Below the pieces are notes generated by a model, which was given only the letters and a program-made list of their open reading frames with translations, was not told the origin of the DNA and did not search any database. A DNA stretch of 64,000 bases from a bacterium (lineage in GTDB: Bacteria; Patescibacteriota; Andersenbacteria; UBA10190), in the NCBI GenBank assembly GCA_043811915.1, contig JBDRMS010000006.1:22870-86869 (forward strand). Reading direction: 5' to 3'. Position numbers and translations under genes: made by a program. Below, in pieces: positions 19,073-29,477 of this stretch (position 1 is the first letter of the stretch; each line of letters starts with the position of its first letter).

Positions 19073-20230
19073 ATGGCAATGAACATTTTGTATAGATTTT
19101 TTGCCATACACCCGCGGCAGTCGCTTAAAGAAATGTACATGTTTTCCGTGCTATTTTCTTTTGCTAGTGCATTGATCTTAATCTTTGAGCCCGTTTTCTT
19201 CTATCAGGAAGGATTTAGCTTGTCGAAAATAGCCTTGTACTACGCATTGCATTATTCATTATACGTAATATTACTGCCCCTGGGAGGAAAATTTGCCGGG
19301 CGGTTTGGTTTGGAACGATCATTGGCGCTGTCGATGCCGCTTTTTGTGGTGTACTTTGTTACGCTGGCGGCTATTCCTCTGGCGCCTGGTCTTTTCTGGT
19401 TGGCTTGGGTACTGCTGACGGTGTTCAAGATATTTTATTGGCCGGCCTATCACACGGAGATTTGCCGTTTCGGAGACGCGGCTAATCGGGGGACCGAGTT
19501 GTCATGGTTGATCGCGCTGACGAGCGGCGCGGGAGCTATCGGGCCGATTGTCGGCGGTTTTGTGGCGGCTTACTTTGGATTTTCCGTGTTGTTTGTGTCG
19601 GCAGCCTGCCTGGCATTGCTGGCGACCTTTCCTTTGTTGTTGACCAAAGAACGTTATCGACCGCAGACATTTCCCTACTCCCTGCCGTGGCGGATGATGG
19701 GTATGCGCCGTTACCGAGGCATGGTGTTGACTATGGTGGGCTGGGGCGAAAATCTGATTGACTTGGTGTTTTGGCCAATCTTTATGTTTATTATCCTGGG
19801 CGGGACGCAGAAATTAGGGCTGGTGGCTTCGATTAACGTGTTGGTGATGAGTATATTAGGATTCTTTGTTGGTGAAATTAGTGACCGTTTCTCACGCCGG
19901 CAGATTATTCGATTGCACATTCCTTTTATGATTCTGGGCTATTTGTTTCGGCCGCTGGCCTCGACGTCGCTGCGGGTTTTCCTGACGGATACGTTGTCGA
20001 AGGCGGCACTGATCGGGGTCAGAATACCGATGTGGCATATTCTGTACCAGCGGGGCAGGCGGGAAGGGGCGCTCCGGTACGCGGTGACTTTTGAGATGGT
20101 GCTGGCCGTGTCGAAAGCCGCCGTGGCTTTTGTGCTGGTCGGAGTGTTTGCCGTATCGCTGCCTTACACAGGGTTCACGCTGGCCTGGATGATGGCGGCA
20201 GCTTTAACGCTGTTGTATGTATTTTTGTAA
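19073..20230 (+). CDS. MFS transporter
   Basis: About 12 TM; G.ISDRFSRR motif A; start possibly 19079. Confidence 0.85.
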   Translation: MAMNILYRFFAIHPRQSLKEMYMFSVLFSFASALILIFEPVFFYQEGFSLSKIALYYALHYSLYVILLPLGGKFAGRFGLERSLALSMPLFVVYFVTLAAIPLAPGLFWLAWVLLTVFKIFYWPAYHTEICRFGDAANRGTELSWLIALTSGAGAIGPIVGGFVAAYFGFSVLFVSAACLALLATFPLLLTKERYRPQTFPYSLPWRMMGMRRYRGMVLTMVGWGENLIDLVFWPIFMFIILGGTQKLGLVASINVLVMSILGFFVGEISDRFSRRQIIRLHIPFMILGYLFRPLASTSLRVFLTDTLSKAALIGVRIPMWHILYQRGRREGALRYAVTFEMVLAVSKAAVAFVLVGVFAVSLPYTGFTLAWMMAAALTLLYVFL

Positions 20231-20236
20231 AATTAG

Positions 20237-20319
20237 TGCCGGAGGTGGGACTCGAACCCACATGAGCTAAGCTCACACGATTTTGAGTCGTGCGCGTCTC
20301 CCGATTCCGCCACTCCGGC
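20237..20319 (-). tRNA. tRNA-Leu(CAA)
   Basis: Cloverleaf GCCGGAG..CTCCGGC-A; anticodon arm CACGA-CTCAAAA-TCGTG; long variable arm; GGTTCGAGTCC. Confidence 0.93.
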
Positions 20320-20437
20320 TGGTAGCACCATACAGAAAAAGAACAAAATAACAAGTGTGTACAGAAATTATTCTATACTCTACACTGGTAGTATGTTGAT
20401 TAGTATAGCGACGAATTCCTTCTAAGGCTAAAGCATT

Positions 20438-21202
20438 ATGGCTGAAGTTGTAGCAATTACTAATCAGAAAGGGGGAGTAGGAAAAACTACCACCAGTATT
20501 AATCTGGGAAGTTATTTGGCATCCAATGGCCGGCCGACGGTGATCATTGATCTTGATTCGCAGGCGAATGCTACTTGCGGGTTGGGAATTGAGCTCGGGG
20601 CTGATACGCCGACTTTGTATGAAGTGCTAACTGGTCGAGTGGGTGCCCTGGATGCTTTGCAGCCGACGGCTCACGAGAATCTTAATATTATAGCTTCGAC
20701 GCCTAATTTAGCTGGGGCGGCCATTGAATTGATGCAGCAGCCGTATCGGGAATACAGGTTGCGGCGGGCAATTAAGCCACTCAAAGAGCATTTTGATTTC
20801 GTTTTGATTGATTGTCCGCCCAGCTTGGGGTTGCTCACTATAAATGGACTGGTGGCGGCAGATCGCTTGTTGATACCAGTACAGTGTGAATATTTGGCTT
20901 TAGAGGGCTTAGGGCAGCTGTTGGAGACGGTGGAGTTGGTGCGGGCGCATCTTAACCCTCGTTTGCAGGTGCTGGGGGCTTTGCTTACTATGTACGATCG
21001 GCGAGTGGCCATGGCACGCAGGATAGTGCGCGAGGTGAGAAAGACGTTTCCGGGGCATGTGTTTGAGAGTGTTATTCCGCGTAATACCGAGTTAGCCGAA
21101 GCGCCAAGTTGCGGACAATCAATAATTAACTATGCTGGTGCGTCACGGGGGGCTAAGGCGTACGAGTATCTGGCAGATGAACTCTTAAATTTATATTCAT
21201 GA
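20438..21202 (+). CDS. parA: ParA/Soj ATPase
   Basis: NQKGGVGKTT, DCPPSLG, PVQCEY.ALEG. Confidence 0.95.
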   Translation: MAEVVAITNQKGGVGKTTTSINLGSYLASNGRPTVIIDLDSQANATCGLGIELGADTPTLYEVLTGRVGALDALQPTAHENLNIIASTPNLAGAAIELMQQPYREYRLRRAIKPLKEHFDFVLIDCPPSLGLLTINGLVAADRLLIPVQCEYLALEGLGQLLETVELVRAHLNPRLQVLGALLTMYDRRVAMARRIVREVRKTFPGHVFESVIPRNTELAEAPSCGQSIINYAGASRGAKAYEYLADELLNLYS

Positions 21203-22410
21203 AAAAAAATATTCTCAAAGGAGGAATTATGTCTCTTATCCCGAAGCGGGATGTAGAGGATGCGGACGATGTACTCGATCGCATAGAAGAAGAAGAGGTG
21301 GTAATACCGGAAAAACCATTAGTTACGCCATTAACAATTGATGTTGATGAGGACGACGTTGAAGAAGAGAAGAAAGAGAAGAAAGAGAAAGTTTCAGTGA
21401 TAACAGTCGAGGAGTCGGAGGAAGAAGAGATCGAAGAACCCGAGGAGGAGGTCAAAGAGTTAGGGGGAATTGAGGAGCAAGAAGAAGCTGAAGAGTCTGG
21501 GGTAAAGCCAGGGGCAACCCTCGAAGCCGCTGCAATGTGGGATAAGCATGAGGGGGATGTGCAGCACGTTGCTATTGATGACATTCAAATTAATCGTTCC
21601 CAGCCGCGGAGAAAGTTTGAAAAGGTGGAGATGCAGGAGCTGACGGATTCTGTTGCTCAACACGGTATTTTACAACCATTGGTAGTGCGGCGGGGAAAGA
21701 GTGGCAGTTATGATTTAGTGGCTGGTGAGCGGCGGCTCCGGGCGGCGAAAAGCCTGGGGTGGGAACGCGTGCCTTGTGTGGTGCGGCGTGATGTTCGCTC
21801 GGAAGCGGCCAGGATTGAGATGGCTTTGATCGAGAATATTCAGCGCGAGGACTTAAACCCAATAGAAGAGGCGCTCGCTTACCAGCAGCTTAATGAAGAA
21901 TATGGCATGACGCACGAAGAGATCGGGCAAAGAGTGGGGCGGAGCAGGGTTGGTATAACTAATACTATTCGAGTATTACAATTGCCGGACGAGGTGCGCC
22001 GGGGATTGATTGATGGTACAATATCGGCTGGTCATGCCCGAGCTATCCTGATGATTCCTGACGAGGAGAAGCAAAAACGCTTTTATAGCCATTTGGTGGC
22101 GGAGGGTTTAACGGTGCGCAAGGCAGAAACACGGGCACGGCGTATTCAACGCAGTATGAATTTGGATGATCCGCTCAGGCGCAAGCGGCGGGGACGAACG
22201 GCATTTGAAGTTGAATATAGTGGAAAACTAGAGGATACGTATGGCTTTGACACCAGATTGCGGTTTAATGAGGACAAGAACCGGTTTGAGATTATGTTTA
22301 AATGTCATAGCCAGAGGGACATTGAAGAACTGCTTGGACGGTTGCTCGGGACTAGACCCTTACCGGACAAAGTCGACAAAGACGTAATCGAAAACAAAAA
22401 AGCTAGTTAG
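21199..22410 (+). CDS. parB: ParB/Spo0J partition protein with acidic N-terminal extension
   Basis: QPR, GILQP, AGERRLRA, ENIQREDLNPIEEA, HTH. Confidence 0.92.
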   Translation: MKKNILKGGIMSLIPKRDVEDADDVLDRIEEEEVVIPEKPLVTPLTIDVDEDDVEEEKKEKKEKVSVITVEESEEEEIEEPEEEVKELGGIEEQEEAEESGVKPGATLEAAAMWDKHEGDVQHVAIDDIQINRSQPRRKFEKVEMQELTDSVAQHGILQPLVVRRGKSGSYDLVAGERRLRAAKSLGWERVPCVVRRDVRSEAARIEMALIENIQREDLNPIEEALAYQQLNEEYGMTHEEIGQRVGRSRVGITNTIRVLQLPDEVRRGLIDGTISAGHARAILMIPDEEKQKRFYSHLVAEGLTVRKAETRARRIQRSMNLDDPLRRKRRGRTAFEVEYSGKLEDTYGFDTRLRFNEDKNRFEIMFKCHSQRDIEELLGRLLGTRPLPDKVDKDVIENKKAS

Positions 22411-24604
22411 TGCTGAAATTGCATTCTTTACTAGAGCAGCGAGAAGTGTTTTTGGCGCCGAAGACGAGCAGACTTTGGCACCGGGGACATTTTTCTCCCG
22501 TGGGCTTGCTCCAGTAGGCATTGGCGCAGTCTGGATACCGGTTGCAGGCGAAAAAAGTGCGACCGCGCCTGGAGCGCTTTTCCACTATTTCACCTTTGTT
22601 GCATTTAGGGCAGGTGAGGCCGGTAGTTTTCTCAATTTTTTTAATATGTTTACAGTCCGGGTAGCCGGAACAACCCATAAATGGGCCAAAGCGGCCGCGT
22701 TTGACTGCCAGGTCTTTGCCGCAGTCGGGGCACTTTTCTCCACCATTTTTTTCCTGCAGCTCCTTTTCCTCACCTACGGGCTCGGTGTGCTTGCAGTCGG
22801 GGAAGCCGGTGCAGGCTTTGAATTTGCCGAAGCGGCCCAGTTTGATAACCATTTCTTTGCCGCAATCCGGGCATGACTCGCCTGTCTTTTCCTGGGTTAA
22901 CTTCTTTTTACTAATTTCCTGCTCTTTTTTCTCGAGGTTGGAGTGAAATGGTCTGTAGAACAATTCAATAACGGGTTGCCATTCTTTGTCGCCTGTGGCG
23001 ATGAGGTCCAGGTCAGCCTCCATATTGGCAGTAAACTCGGTGTCCACAATATTGGGGAAGTGTTCCTTGAGTAGATTAGTCACCAGAGTGCCAATTTCAG
23101 ACGGGGCGAATTTTTTGTCGTCGTTTTTGGACACGTATTCGCGGCGCTGAATGGTGTCAATAGTGGGGGCATAAGTGCTGGGGCGGCCGATGCCGTACTC
23201 TTCCAGAGACTTGACCAGAGTAGCTTCGGAGTAGCGGGTAGGTGGCTGGGTGAAATGCTGTTCGGGCAGTAGTTTAGTCAGGCTGGGCGTGTCATTTTCT
23301 TTTAACAGAGGTAAAACAGTTTCTTTGAAGGCGGCTTTTTCTCCGAGAACTTTGACATAGCCGTCGAACAGAACGGTGGTACCAGTGGCACGGAAAGTGT
23401 AATTGGCGGCCTTAAGATCGGCGATGACGTTTTGTAATTTCGCATCGGCCATTTGAGAGGCAATCATGCGTTGCCAAATAAGGCGGTAGAGTTTTAGTTG
23501 TTCGGGCGAGAGGTAGTCTGTTATTTGATCTGGTGTGCGGCCGGGGTTGGTGGGACGAATGGCTTCGTGGGCCTCTTGGGCGCCCTTGGACTTCTTTTTA
23601 TAAACTCTGGGTCGGGATAAGGAATAGTCCGGTCCAAACTTATCGGTAATAGTCTGCCTGGCTTTAGTAGTAGCTTCACTGGCCAGATTGGTGGAGTCGG
23701 TACGCATATAGGTAATGAGACCGGTAGGGCCTTTCTCTCCCAGACTGATACCTTCATATAGTTGTTGGGCGACTATCATAGTGCGCCTGGCGGGAAAGCC
23801 AAGCTGGTGGGCGGCGGCTTGTTGCAGGGTGCTGGTAGTGAAAGGCGGCGGCGGGGTGCGTTTTCTTTCTTTGGTGGTAACGGCGGTGACGGTAAACACC
23901 TGGCTGGTTAAATCTTTGACAATTTTATCCATGGCGGACCGGGATGGAATGCCAAGCCTGGAAATCTTTTTGCCGTCCTCGGCATACAGGGCGGCGTCAA
24001 ATTCATGACCGTTGTGTTTTAGCCGGGCTTTCAAATTCCAATATTCCTGGGATTTGAAGGCGGCGATTTCTTCCTCGCGTTCGACGATTAAGCGGACGGC
24101 TACTGATTGTACCCGGCCGGCAGAAAGTCCGCGCCGCACTTTTTTCCAGAGCAGGGGAGAGAGCTCATAGCCGACCAGACGATCAAGTATGCGGCGAGCT
24201 TGCTGGGCGTCGACGCGGTGCTGATCAATTTTGCGCGGGTGAGCTACGGCGTGTTTAATGGCACTTTTAGTGATTTGGTCGAAAGTAATGCGTTTAGCCT
24301 TGGAAGCCGGGGTCTTAAGAACCTCTTTTAAATGCCAGGCGATGGCTTCTCCTTCACGGTCTTCATCAGTGGCGAAGTACACTTCATCGGCCTGGCCGGC
24401 TGCCTTTTTCAGTTCAGCGACATTTTTTCTGGCCTTGGCGGGAATAACATATTTGGGCTGAAAGTTTTTAGCTGTATCGACGCCCAGCACGCTTTTGGGC
24501 AAGTCACGGACATGACCGTAGCTGCTTTTGACAACAAAGCCAGCCCCCAAATATTTTTGAATGGTCTTGGCCTTGGCCGGCGACTCGACGATGACAAGCT
24601 TCAT
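22403..24604 (-). CDS. topA: DNA topoisomerase I
   Basis: IVESPAKAKTI, DREGE, SAGRVQS, ITYMRTD, C-terminal zinc ribbons. Confidence 0.97.
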   Translation of the reverse strand: MKLVIVESPAKAKTIQKYLGAGFVVKSSYGHVRDLPKSVLGVDTAKNFQPKYVIPAKARKNVAELKKAAGQADEVYFATDEDREGEAIAWHLKEVLKTPASKAKRITFDQITKSAIKHAVAHPRKIDQHRVDAQQARRILDRLVGYELSPLLWKKVRRGLSAGRVQSVAVRLIVEREEEIAAFKSQEYWNLKARLKHNGHEFDAALYAEDGKKISRLGIPSRSAMDKIVKDLTSQVFTVTAVTTKERKRTPPPPFTTSTLQQAAAHQLGFPARRTMIVAQQLYEGISLGEKGPTGLITYMRTDSTNLASEATTKARQTITDKFGPDYSLSRPRVYKKKSKGAQEAHEAIRPTNPGRTPDQITDYLSPEQLKLYRLIWQRMIASQMADAKLQNVIADLKAANYTFRATGTTVLFDGYVKVLGEKAAFKETVLPLLKENDTPSLTKLLPEQHFTQPPTRYSEATLVKSLEEYGIGRPSTYAPTIDTIQRREYVSKNDDKKFAPSEIGTLVTNLLKEHFPNIVDTEFTANMEADLDLIATGDKEWQPVIELFYRPFHSNLEKKEQEISKKKLTQEKTGESCPDCGKEMVIKLGRFGKFKACTGFPDCKHTEPVGEEKELQEKNGGEKCPDCGKDLAVKRGRFGPFMGCSGYPDCKHIKKIEKTTGLTCPKCNKGEIVEKRSRRGRTFFACNRYPDCANAYWSKPTGEKCPRCQSLLVFGAKNTSRCSSKECNFSTN

Positions 24605-24644
24605 ACTGGGAGTTAACTAGTAATGCAAATTTAAGTCAAGAAAA

Positions 24645-25517
24645 CTACTTCTTGATGTAGCGCATGCCGCCGGTGTTGAGGGCGATTTCCATCAGCTCCA
24701 GTTCGGTTAGGGCGACAGCCAGGACGGTGGAAGGCAGCTTGGTTTGTTCAACTAATTCATCGATGTGCAGGGGCTGACTTCCCAGGGCAGCGGCGACGGT
24801 TTTCTGGTCGCGGGTTAATTTTGCCTGGTTGATCTCTGCGATATCAGGAGAGGATAGGCCATATAAATTCAGAATATCCTCGGCACTTATTACTGGGGTG
24901 GCGCCTTGTTGAATGAGAAAGTTGACGCCAGCTGCCAGGGAGTCGGTGATAGCACCGGGGACGGCTAACACTTCGCGGCCGGACTCCAGGGCCAGGCGGG
25001 CAGTGATAAGCGAGCCAGAGCGCTGGGCGGCTTGCACGACAAAGGTAGCCTGGCAGAGTCCGGCGATAATTCGGTTGCGAACAGGAAATTGTCCCAGGTG
25101 AGGAGGGGTGCCGGCGGGGTATTCGGATATAATAGACCCCCCGGCGTCGATAATTTGGTGCAGCAGTCCGGCGTGAATCTTGGGATAGATGGACCCGTCG
25201 TCTAAGCCGGAGCCAAGGACGGCTATGGTCGGTGTGCCAAATTCGAGGCACAGGCGGTGGGCCATGGAGTCGATGCCATAGGCTAAACCGGAAACCAGTG
25301 GCAGGCTGACCTGGACAACGGGAGTCAGTATTTTGGAGACGCACTGCCTGCCGTAAGAATTGGGCCGGCGGCTGCCGACCACGGCTAGAAGCTGGGGAGA
25401 ACTTAAGACGGCAGGATCGCCGCGCAGATAGAGCACTGGCGGCGGATCATGAATCTCCCGCAGCAGCGAGGGGTAATTTTTGCTGTTTATACTGATGGTC
25501 TGAATGTCGGGAGACAC
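24645..25517 (-). CDS. dprA: DNA processing protein DprA
   Basis: VVGSR, VSGLAYGID, FPVRNRIIAGL, SGSLITA. Confidence 0.95.
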   Translation of the reverse strand: MSPDIQTISINSKNYPSLLREIHDPPPVLYLRGDPAVLSSPQLLAVVGSRRPNSYGRQCVSKILTPVVQVSLPLVSGLAYGIDSMAHRLCLEFGTPTIAVLGSGLDDGSIYPKIHAGLLHQIIDAGGSIISEYPAGTPPHLGQFPVRNRIIAGLCQATFVVQAAQRSGSLITARLALESGREVLAVPGAITDSLAAGVNFLIQQGATPVISAEDILNLYGLSSPDIAEINQAKLTRDQKTVAAALGSQPLHIDELVEQTKLPSTVLAVALTELELMEIALNTGGMRYIKK

Positions 25518-28395
25518 GTTCTAATTCTAGCAGTAATTGTCGGACAAGACGGGGTGTTATATTGGCCGTCTTTAAAATCAGGGTATTGCCCTGCATTTGC
25601 CAGGGGGCAGACCTGGCCAGAAAGGGCAGTATTTTAGATAGGTTACTTCCTTTGATGGATAGTCGCTGGAAAGGAATTTTGCCCGGAGGCGAAATGGTAA
25701 TTGAGCCTAACCCGGTTATGCCGAGCTGGGCAGCTACTTGTCGGAGTTTTAATTGCAGGATAAAATTAGCAGCTTCTAGGGGTAATGGACCGTATGTCCG
25801 GGCAAGTTTTTGAGTATGTTCGGCAAGTTGCTCCGGGCTTCGGGCGCGAGTGAGGCGTCCGTACCAGCCCGTGCGTTCGGTGAGATCGGGTATGTAGTCG
25901 GTGGGGATAGCAGCGGCAAGCGGCAGGTGGATGTCAACTTCATGTTGAGAAACAAAATCCCCTTGTTCTTTTTGAGTGGCTTCTTTGACCAGATCGAGGT
26001 ACAGAGCCAGGCCTACTCCCTGAATGGCACCGGATTGTTCGGCGCCCAGGAGATTGCCGGCCCCGCGCAGCTCCAGGTCGCGGCGCGCCAGCTGCCAACC
26101 GGAGCCAAGGCGGGAAGCTTCGGTTAAGGCGGTGAGACGGTGTCGTTGCAGAGGAGTGAGTCGTTGTGAGCTGTACAAGAAGTAGGCATGCCCCTGGCGC
26201 TCACGGCGTCCAATGCGTCCTCGCAACTGATACAGATCGGACAAGCCGAAATGGGTGGCGTTGACTACAATTATGGTATTGGCGTTTGGCAAATCCAGGC
26301 CACTTTCGATGATGGTTGAGGTAACTAAAACATCAATTTGTCCGGTGTCGAACCGGTGCATGGTGGCGGCCAGGTCGGCATCTGGCATTTGTCCGTGGGC
26401 AACAGAGAGGCGGGTGTTCGGTAGCAGGGCGCGCAGACGTTCTTGTAGAGATGGTAGCTGCCTGACTCGAGGAGCGACTACATAGACCTGGCCATGGCGA
26501 GACAGTTCGTATCGGATGGCTTTGACGATGATGGCGTCATTGTCATGGCTGACTGTGATGGTAACACCTTTGCGTCCGGCCGGCGGAGTGGAGATAATAG
26601 ATAAAGTTTTAAGGTTGGATAGAGCCAGGGACAAAGTGCGGGGAATGGGAGTAGCGGAAAGAGAAAGAATATCGATACTGGCGCGTAGTTTTTTGAAGGA
26701 TTCTTTTTGCTCTACGCCGAAGCGTTGTTCTTCGTCGATAATAGCCAGGCTCAAGGCTTGCCATTTGATGTGAGGTGAGATTAGGCCGTGAGTGCCAACG
26801 ACAATAGCGATGGTGCCATCAGCCATACCCTGACGGACGCGGGCCTGTTCGGTGGGAGTGGAAAAACGTGACAGCAAGGCTATTTTATTGGCCAGATGAG
26901 GCAGGCGGCTTTTCAGAGTATCGAAATGTTGCTGGACAAGCAGAGTGGTTGGGGCGAGCAAGGCCACTTGTCGGTTGTTAGTGGCGGCCAGGTAGGCGGC
27001 TCGGATAGCTATTTCTGTTTTACCAAAACCAACATCGCCGACCAGAAGGCGGTCCATAGGTTGGGCTTGAATGAAGTCATGCTGAACGTCCTGCCAGGTC
27101 TGTATCTGATCGGGAGTGAGAGTGTAAGGAAAATTTTTGTCAAGGGTAGTGTTGGTAGCCCAATCTATGATGTAGCGGGGGCGAGTAGCCTTATGGCGTT
27201 TGCGCGCCAGGTGAAGTAGTTCACGAGCCAGGAGGGCGGCATTAACGCTAGCTTTGCGCTTAGTGGTTTTCCAGGCGGTATCGGACAAACGACCTAAGGG
27301 GGGTTTGCCCTGGCCGATGTAGGCCGTGACCTTGTGAGCAAAAGTAACGGGAACGGACAGGGAATCGCCTTCGGCGTAGCGCAGGACGAGGTATTCCCGG
27401 GTTATGCCGCCGATATTGCGTTGAATTAATCCTTCGTAAATACCGATGCCGTGGTCGCTATGGACGGCGGGTTGCTCAACGGTCAGGGATTGAATAAGCT
27501 CCAGGCCGCGTTGATATGTGATGGGGCTGGGTGGCTGTGATTGCGAAGGGAGAAGATCTTCGGAGATAAGATTAGTTATGCTATTGGGGAAGAGAATATC
27601 GGGGTGAAGGGCGTCGTCGATTATTGTGTAATGGGCAGTAATGTTTGTTAGGTGGGAAGGCCGGATAGCCAGGCTATTTTTTAGCAGGGTGTCCCAGGTG
27701 GTGGTGTTACGGGGAAAGCCAAGGGGGGGCAGGGTAATCTGATTGATGATTTTATTGCGCTTGCCCACCCGGATAATTTGTTCAATAGTTCGGCGGTGAA
27801 AAGTTAGAGCGTGGCGTTGGGGCCGATAGGGATGATTGATGATTATATTTTCTCCTTTGATGACGAAGGTGCCAGGTTCTGCCTGGCGGTGTTGTCGCAG
27901 ATAACCCAGGTTAATAAGCTTTTTTGTTAGCTGCTGGATAGAGTGATCTTCGCCGACAGTCAGAGTTATATGTTGCTGCCGGTATTGAATAGGGTCTGGC
28001 AGGGAAGTGTTCAGGAGAGATGCCGGCAGGACGAAGTGATGATTGCGGTGGCGGGAGTCAAGCAGGGCATGCAGAGCACGGCTCAGGCTGGTGGTGATTT
28101 GGCCGGACGTTTCCTGGGCTGATAACTGGCCGGAAATGAGGTGCCAGTGCTGGTCAAGGTCCAGCTGCTTGTTCCAGGTGGAGATATTGTTGAGTAGTTT
28201 TTGTGCCTGGGCAGGAGAGGCGTCTACAATAACTATTTTTCTGATGTTTGGAGCAGGCCAGTAGGCGGCCAAAAGAGCTTTTTGCCGGCGGGAAAGGTTT
28301 AGAGATAAGGTATTATGACTTTGGGCAGCTTTTTTATTGAGGACGTCGCAGAACCGTGCCAGCGATTGTTTTACAGAAGATGTTTTATTTGACAT
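25447..28395 (-). CDS. mfd: Transcription-repair coupling factor Mfd (divergent N-terminus)
   Basis: RID VHSDHGIG.Y, GDVGFGKTE, DEEQRFG, LYQLRGRIGR, DLELRGAGNLLGAEQSG; start uncertain (28395 or 28458). Confidence 0.88.
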   Translation of the reverse strand: MSNKTSSVKQSLARFCDVLNKKAAQSHNTLSLNLSRRQKALLAAYWPAPNIRKIVIVDASPAQAQKLLNNISTWNKQLDLDQHWHLISGQLSAQETSGQITTSLSRALHALLDSRHRNHHFVLPASLLNTSLPDPIQYRQQHITLTVGEDHSIQQLTKKLINLGYLRQHRQAEPGTFVIKGENIIINHPYRPQRHALTFHRRTIEQIIRVGKRNKIINQITLPPLGFPRNTTTWDTLLKNSLAIRPSHLTNITAHYTIIDDALHPDILFPNSITNLISEDLLPSQSQPPSPITYQRGLELIQSLTVEQPAVHSDHGIGIYEGLIQRNIGGITREYLVLRYAEGDSLSVPVTFAHKVTAYIGQGKPPLGRLSDTAWKTTKRKASVNAALLARELLHLARKRHKATRPRYIIDWATNTTLDKNFPYTLTPDQIQTWQDVQHDFIQAQPMDRLLVGDVGFGKTEIAIRAAYLAATNNRQVALLAPTTLLVQQHFDTLKSRLPHLANKIALLSRFSTPTEQARVRQGMADGTIAIVVGTHGLISPHIKWQALSLAIIDEEQRFGVEQKESFKKLRASIDILSLSATPIPRTLSLALSNLKTLSIISTPPAGRKGVTITVSHDNDAIIVKAIRYELSRHGQVYVVAPRVRQLPSLQERLRALLPNTRLSVAHGQMPDADLAATMHRFDTGQIDVLVTSTIIESGLDLPNANTIIVVNATHFGLSDLYQLRGRIGRRERQGHAYFLYSSQRLTPLQRHRLTALTEASRLGSGWQLARRDLELRGAGNLLGAEQSGAIQGVGLALYLDLVKEATQKEQGDFVSQHEVDIHLPLAAAIPTDYIPDLTERTGWYGRLTRARSPEQLAEHTQKLARTYGPLPLEAANFILQLKLRQVAAQLGITGLGSITISPPGKIPFQRLSIKGSNLSKILPFLARSAPWQMQGNTLILKTANITPRLVRQLLLELERVSRHSDHQYKQQKLPLAAAGDS

Positions 28396-28435
28396 ACAGA
28401 TAGGTGATGTATACACTTTCTGACAGTCAAATTCT

Positions 28436-29239
28436 ATGGCATTTGAGAAAGAACTCAAGAAATTAGGGATGAAAGATAAAGAGGCGGCGGTCTACCTGGC
28501 GGCTTTGCAACTGGGTCCATCGCCGGCGCAGTTGATTGGCCGTGAGGCCGATGTGGTACGGGCGACTACGTATGTAATCTTAGAGGGGCTAATGAAACAG
28601 GGACTGGTGACGAAATTCAGGGAAAAAAAAAGGACGTTGTTTGCGGCAGAGCCGCCGCGATTGCTGATGAGCCTGCTGGAAAAACAGGAGGAGGCGGTGG
28701 AAGAAAAGAAGCAGGAATTGGAGGAGTTGTTACCAGGTCTGCAGATGTTGATGAAAACGGCCGGAGGAGAGCCGACGGTGAGATATTTTGATGGAGTGGA
28801 GGGGCTGCGGACTATCAGGCGAGAGATGTTGATGTACAGCCATCCGGGTGACACTTGGTATAGTTTTACGCCTATTGATCATCTTAATGCGGTGTTAGGT
28901 ATGGACGAGGAGAACTATTACCAGCAGCGTATTGCTAAGGGGATACGAACCAATACTATCTTTTCGACCAGATCGCCGAAGGTTAAAAAAGAGCTGCTTT
29001 CCGCTCACAAAGATGAGTTGACGCAAAGGAGGTTTGTTTCATCGAAGGTATTTCCAAGTCCTAGCGGTACGACCATCTTTCGAGATAGAATTGCTATCGG
29101 GTCGTATACAGGAAAGATTGGCGGGGTGATTATTGAGAGTGCAGAAATGGCAGATATGATGCGGCGTCTGTTTGAGCTGGCTTGGCGGGGAATAATTGAG
29201 AAGAGCGGGGAGGTCAAAAAAACGGCTCCTCTCAATTAA
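28436..29239 (+). CDS. TrmB-family transcriptional regulator
   Basis: LGM.DKEA.VYLA.L.LG HTH, coiled coil, PLD-like C-terminal domain ending FELAW. Confidence 0.85.
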   Translation: MAFEKELKKLGMKDKEAAVYLAALQLGPSPAQLIGREADVVRATTYVILEGLMKQGLVTKFREKKRTLFAAEPPRLLMSLLEKQEEAVEEKKQELEELLPGLQMLMKTAGGEPTVRYFDGVEGLRTIRREMLMYSHPGDTWYSFTPIDHLNAVLGMDEENYYQQRIAKGIRTNTIFSTRSPKVKKELLSAHKDELTQRRFVSSKVFPSPSGTTIFRDRIAIGSYTGKIGGVIIESAEMADMMRRLFELAWRGIIEKSGEVKKTAPLN

Positions 29240-29263
29240 CTGTGCTACCGGAACCACTCGTGA

Positions 29264-29355
29264 TTCCCTCTCCCCTCATGGGGAGAGGGAAGGGTGAGGG
29301 GTGTCTGGGGCCGTTTTGACCCTCACCCCCGCCCTCTCCCTAGCCAGGGAGAGGG
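29264..29355. repeat. Inverted pair of BoxC-like CCCTCTCCC..GGGAGAGGG palindromic repeats
   Basis: 12-bp hairpin 29264-29291; GGGTGAGGG/CCCTCACCC; 10-bp hairpin 29332-29355. Confidence 0.75.
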
Positions 29356-29443
29356 GGTAGTAATAAGGATTATCATCACAGTGCTTTATTGAGCTAAAAA
29401 GTTGGGTTTTGCACCACACTAAAGTGAGAGAAGCCAAAAAAAC

Positions 29444-29471
29444 TTGACCTGGTTGGGATTGTGCCTATACT
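29444..29471 (+). promoter_or_regulatory. Putative sigma70 promoter of the candidate ncRNA
   Basis: TTGACC-N16-TATACT. Confidence 0.6.
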
Positions 29472-29477
29472 GGTTGT

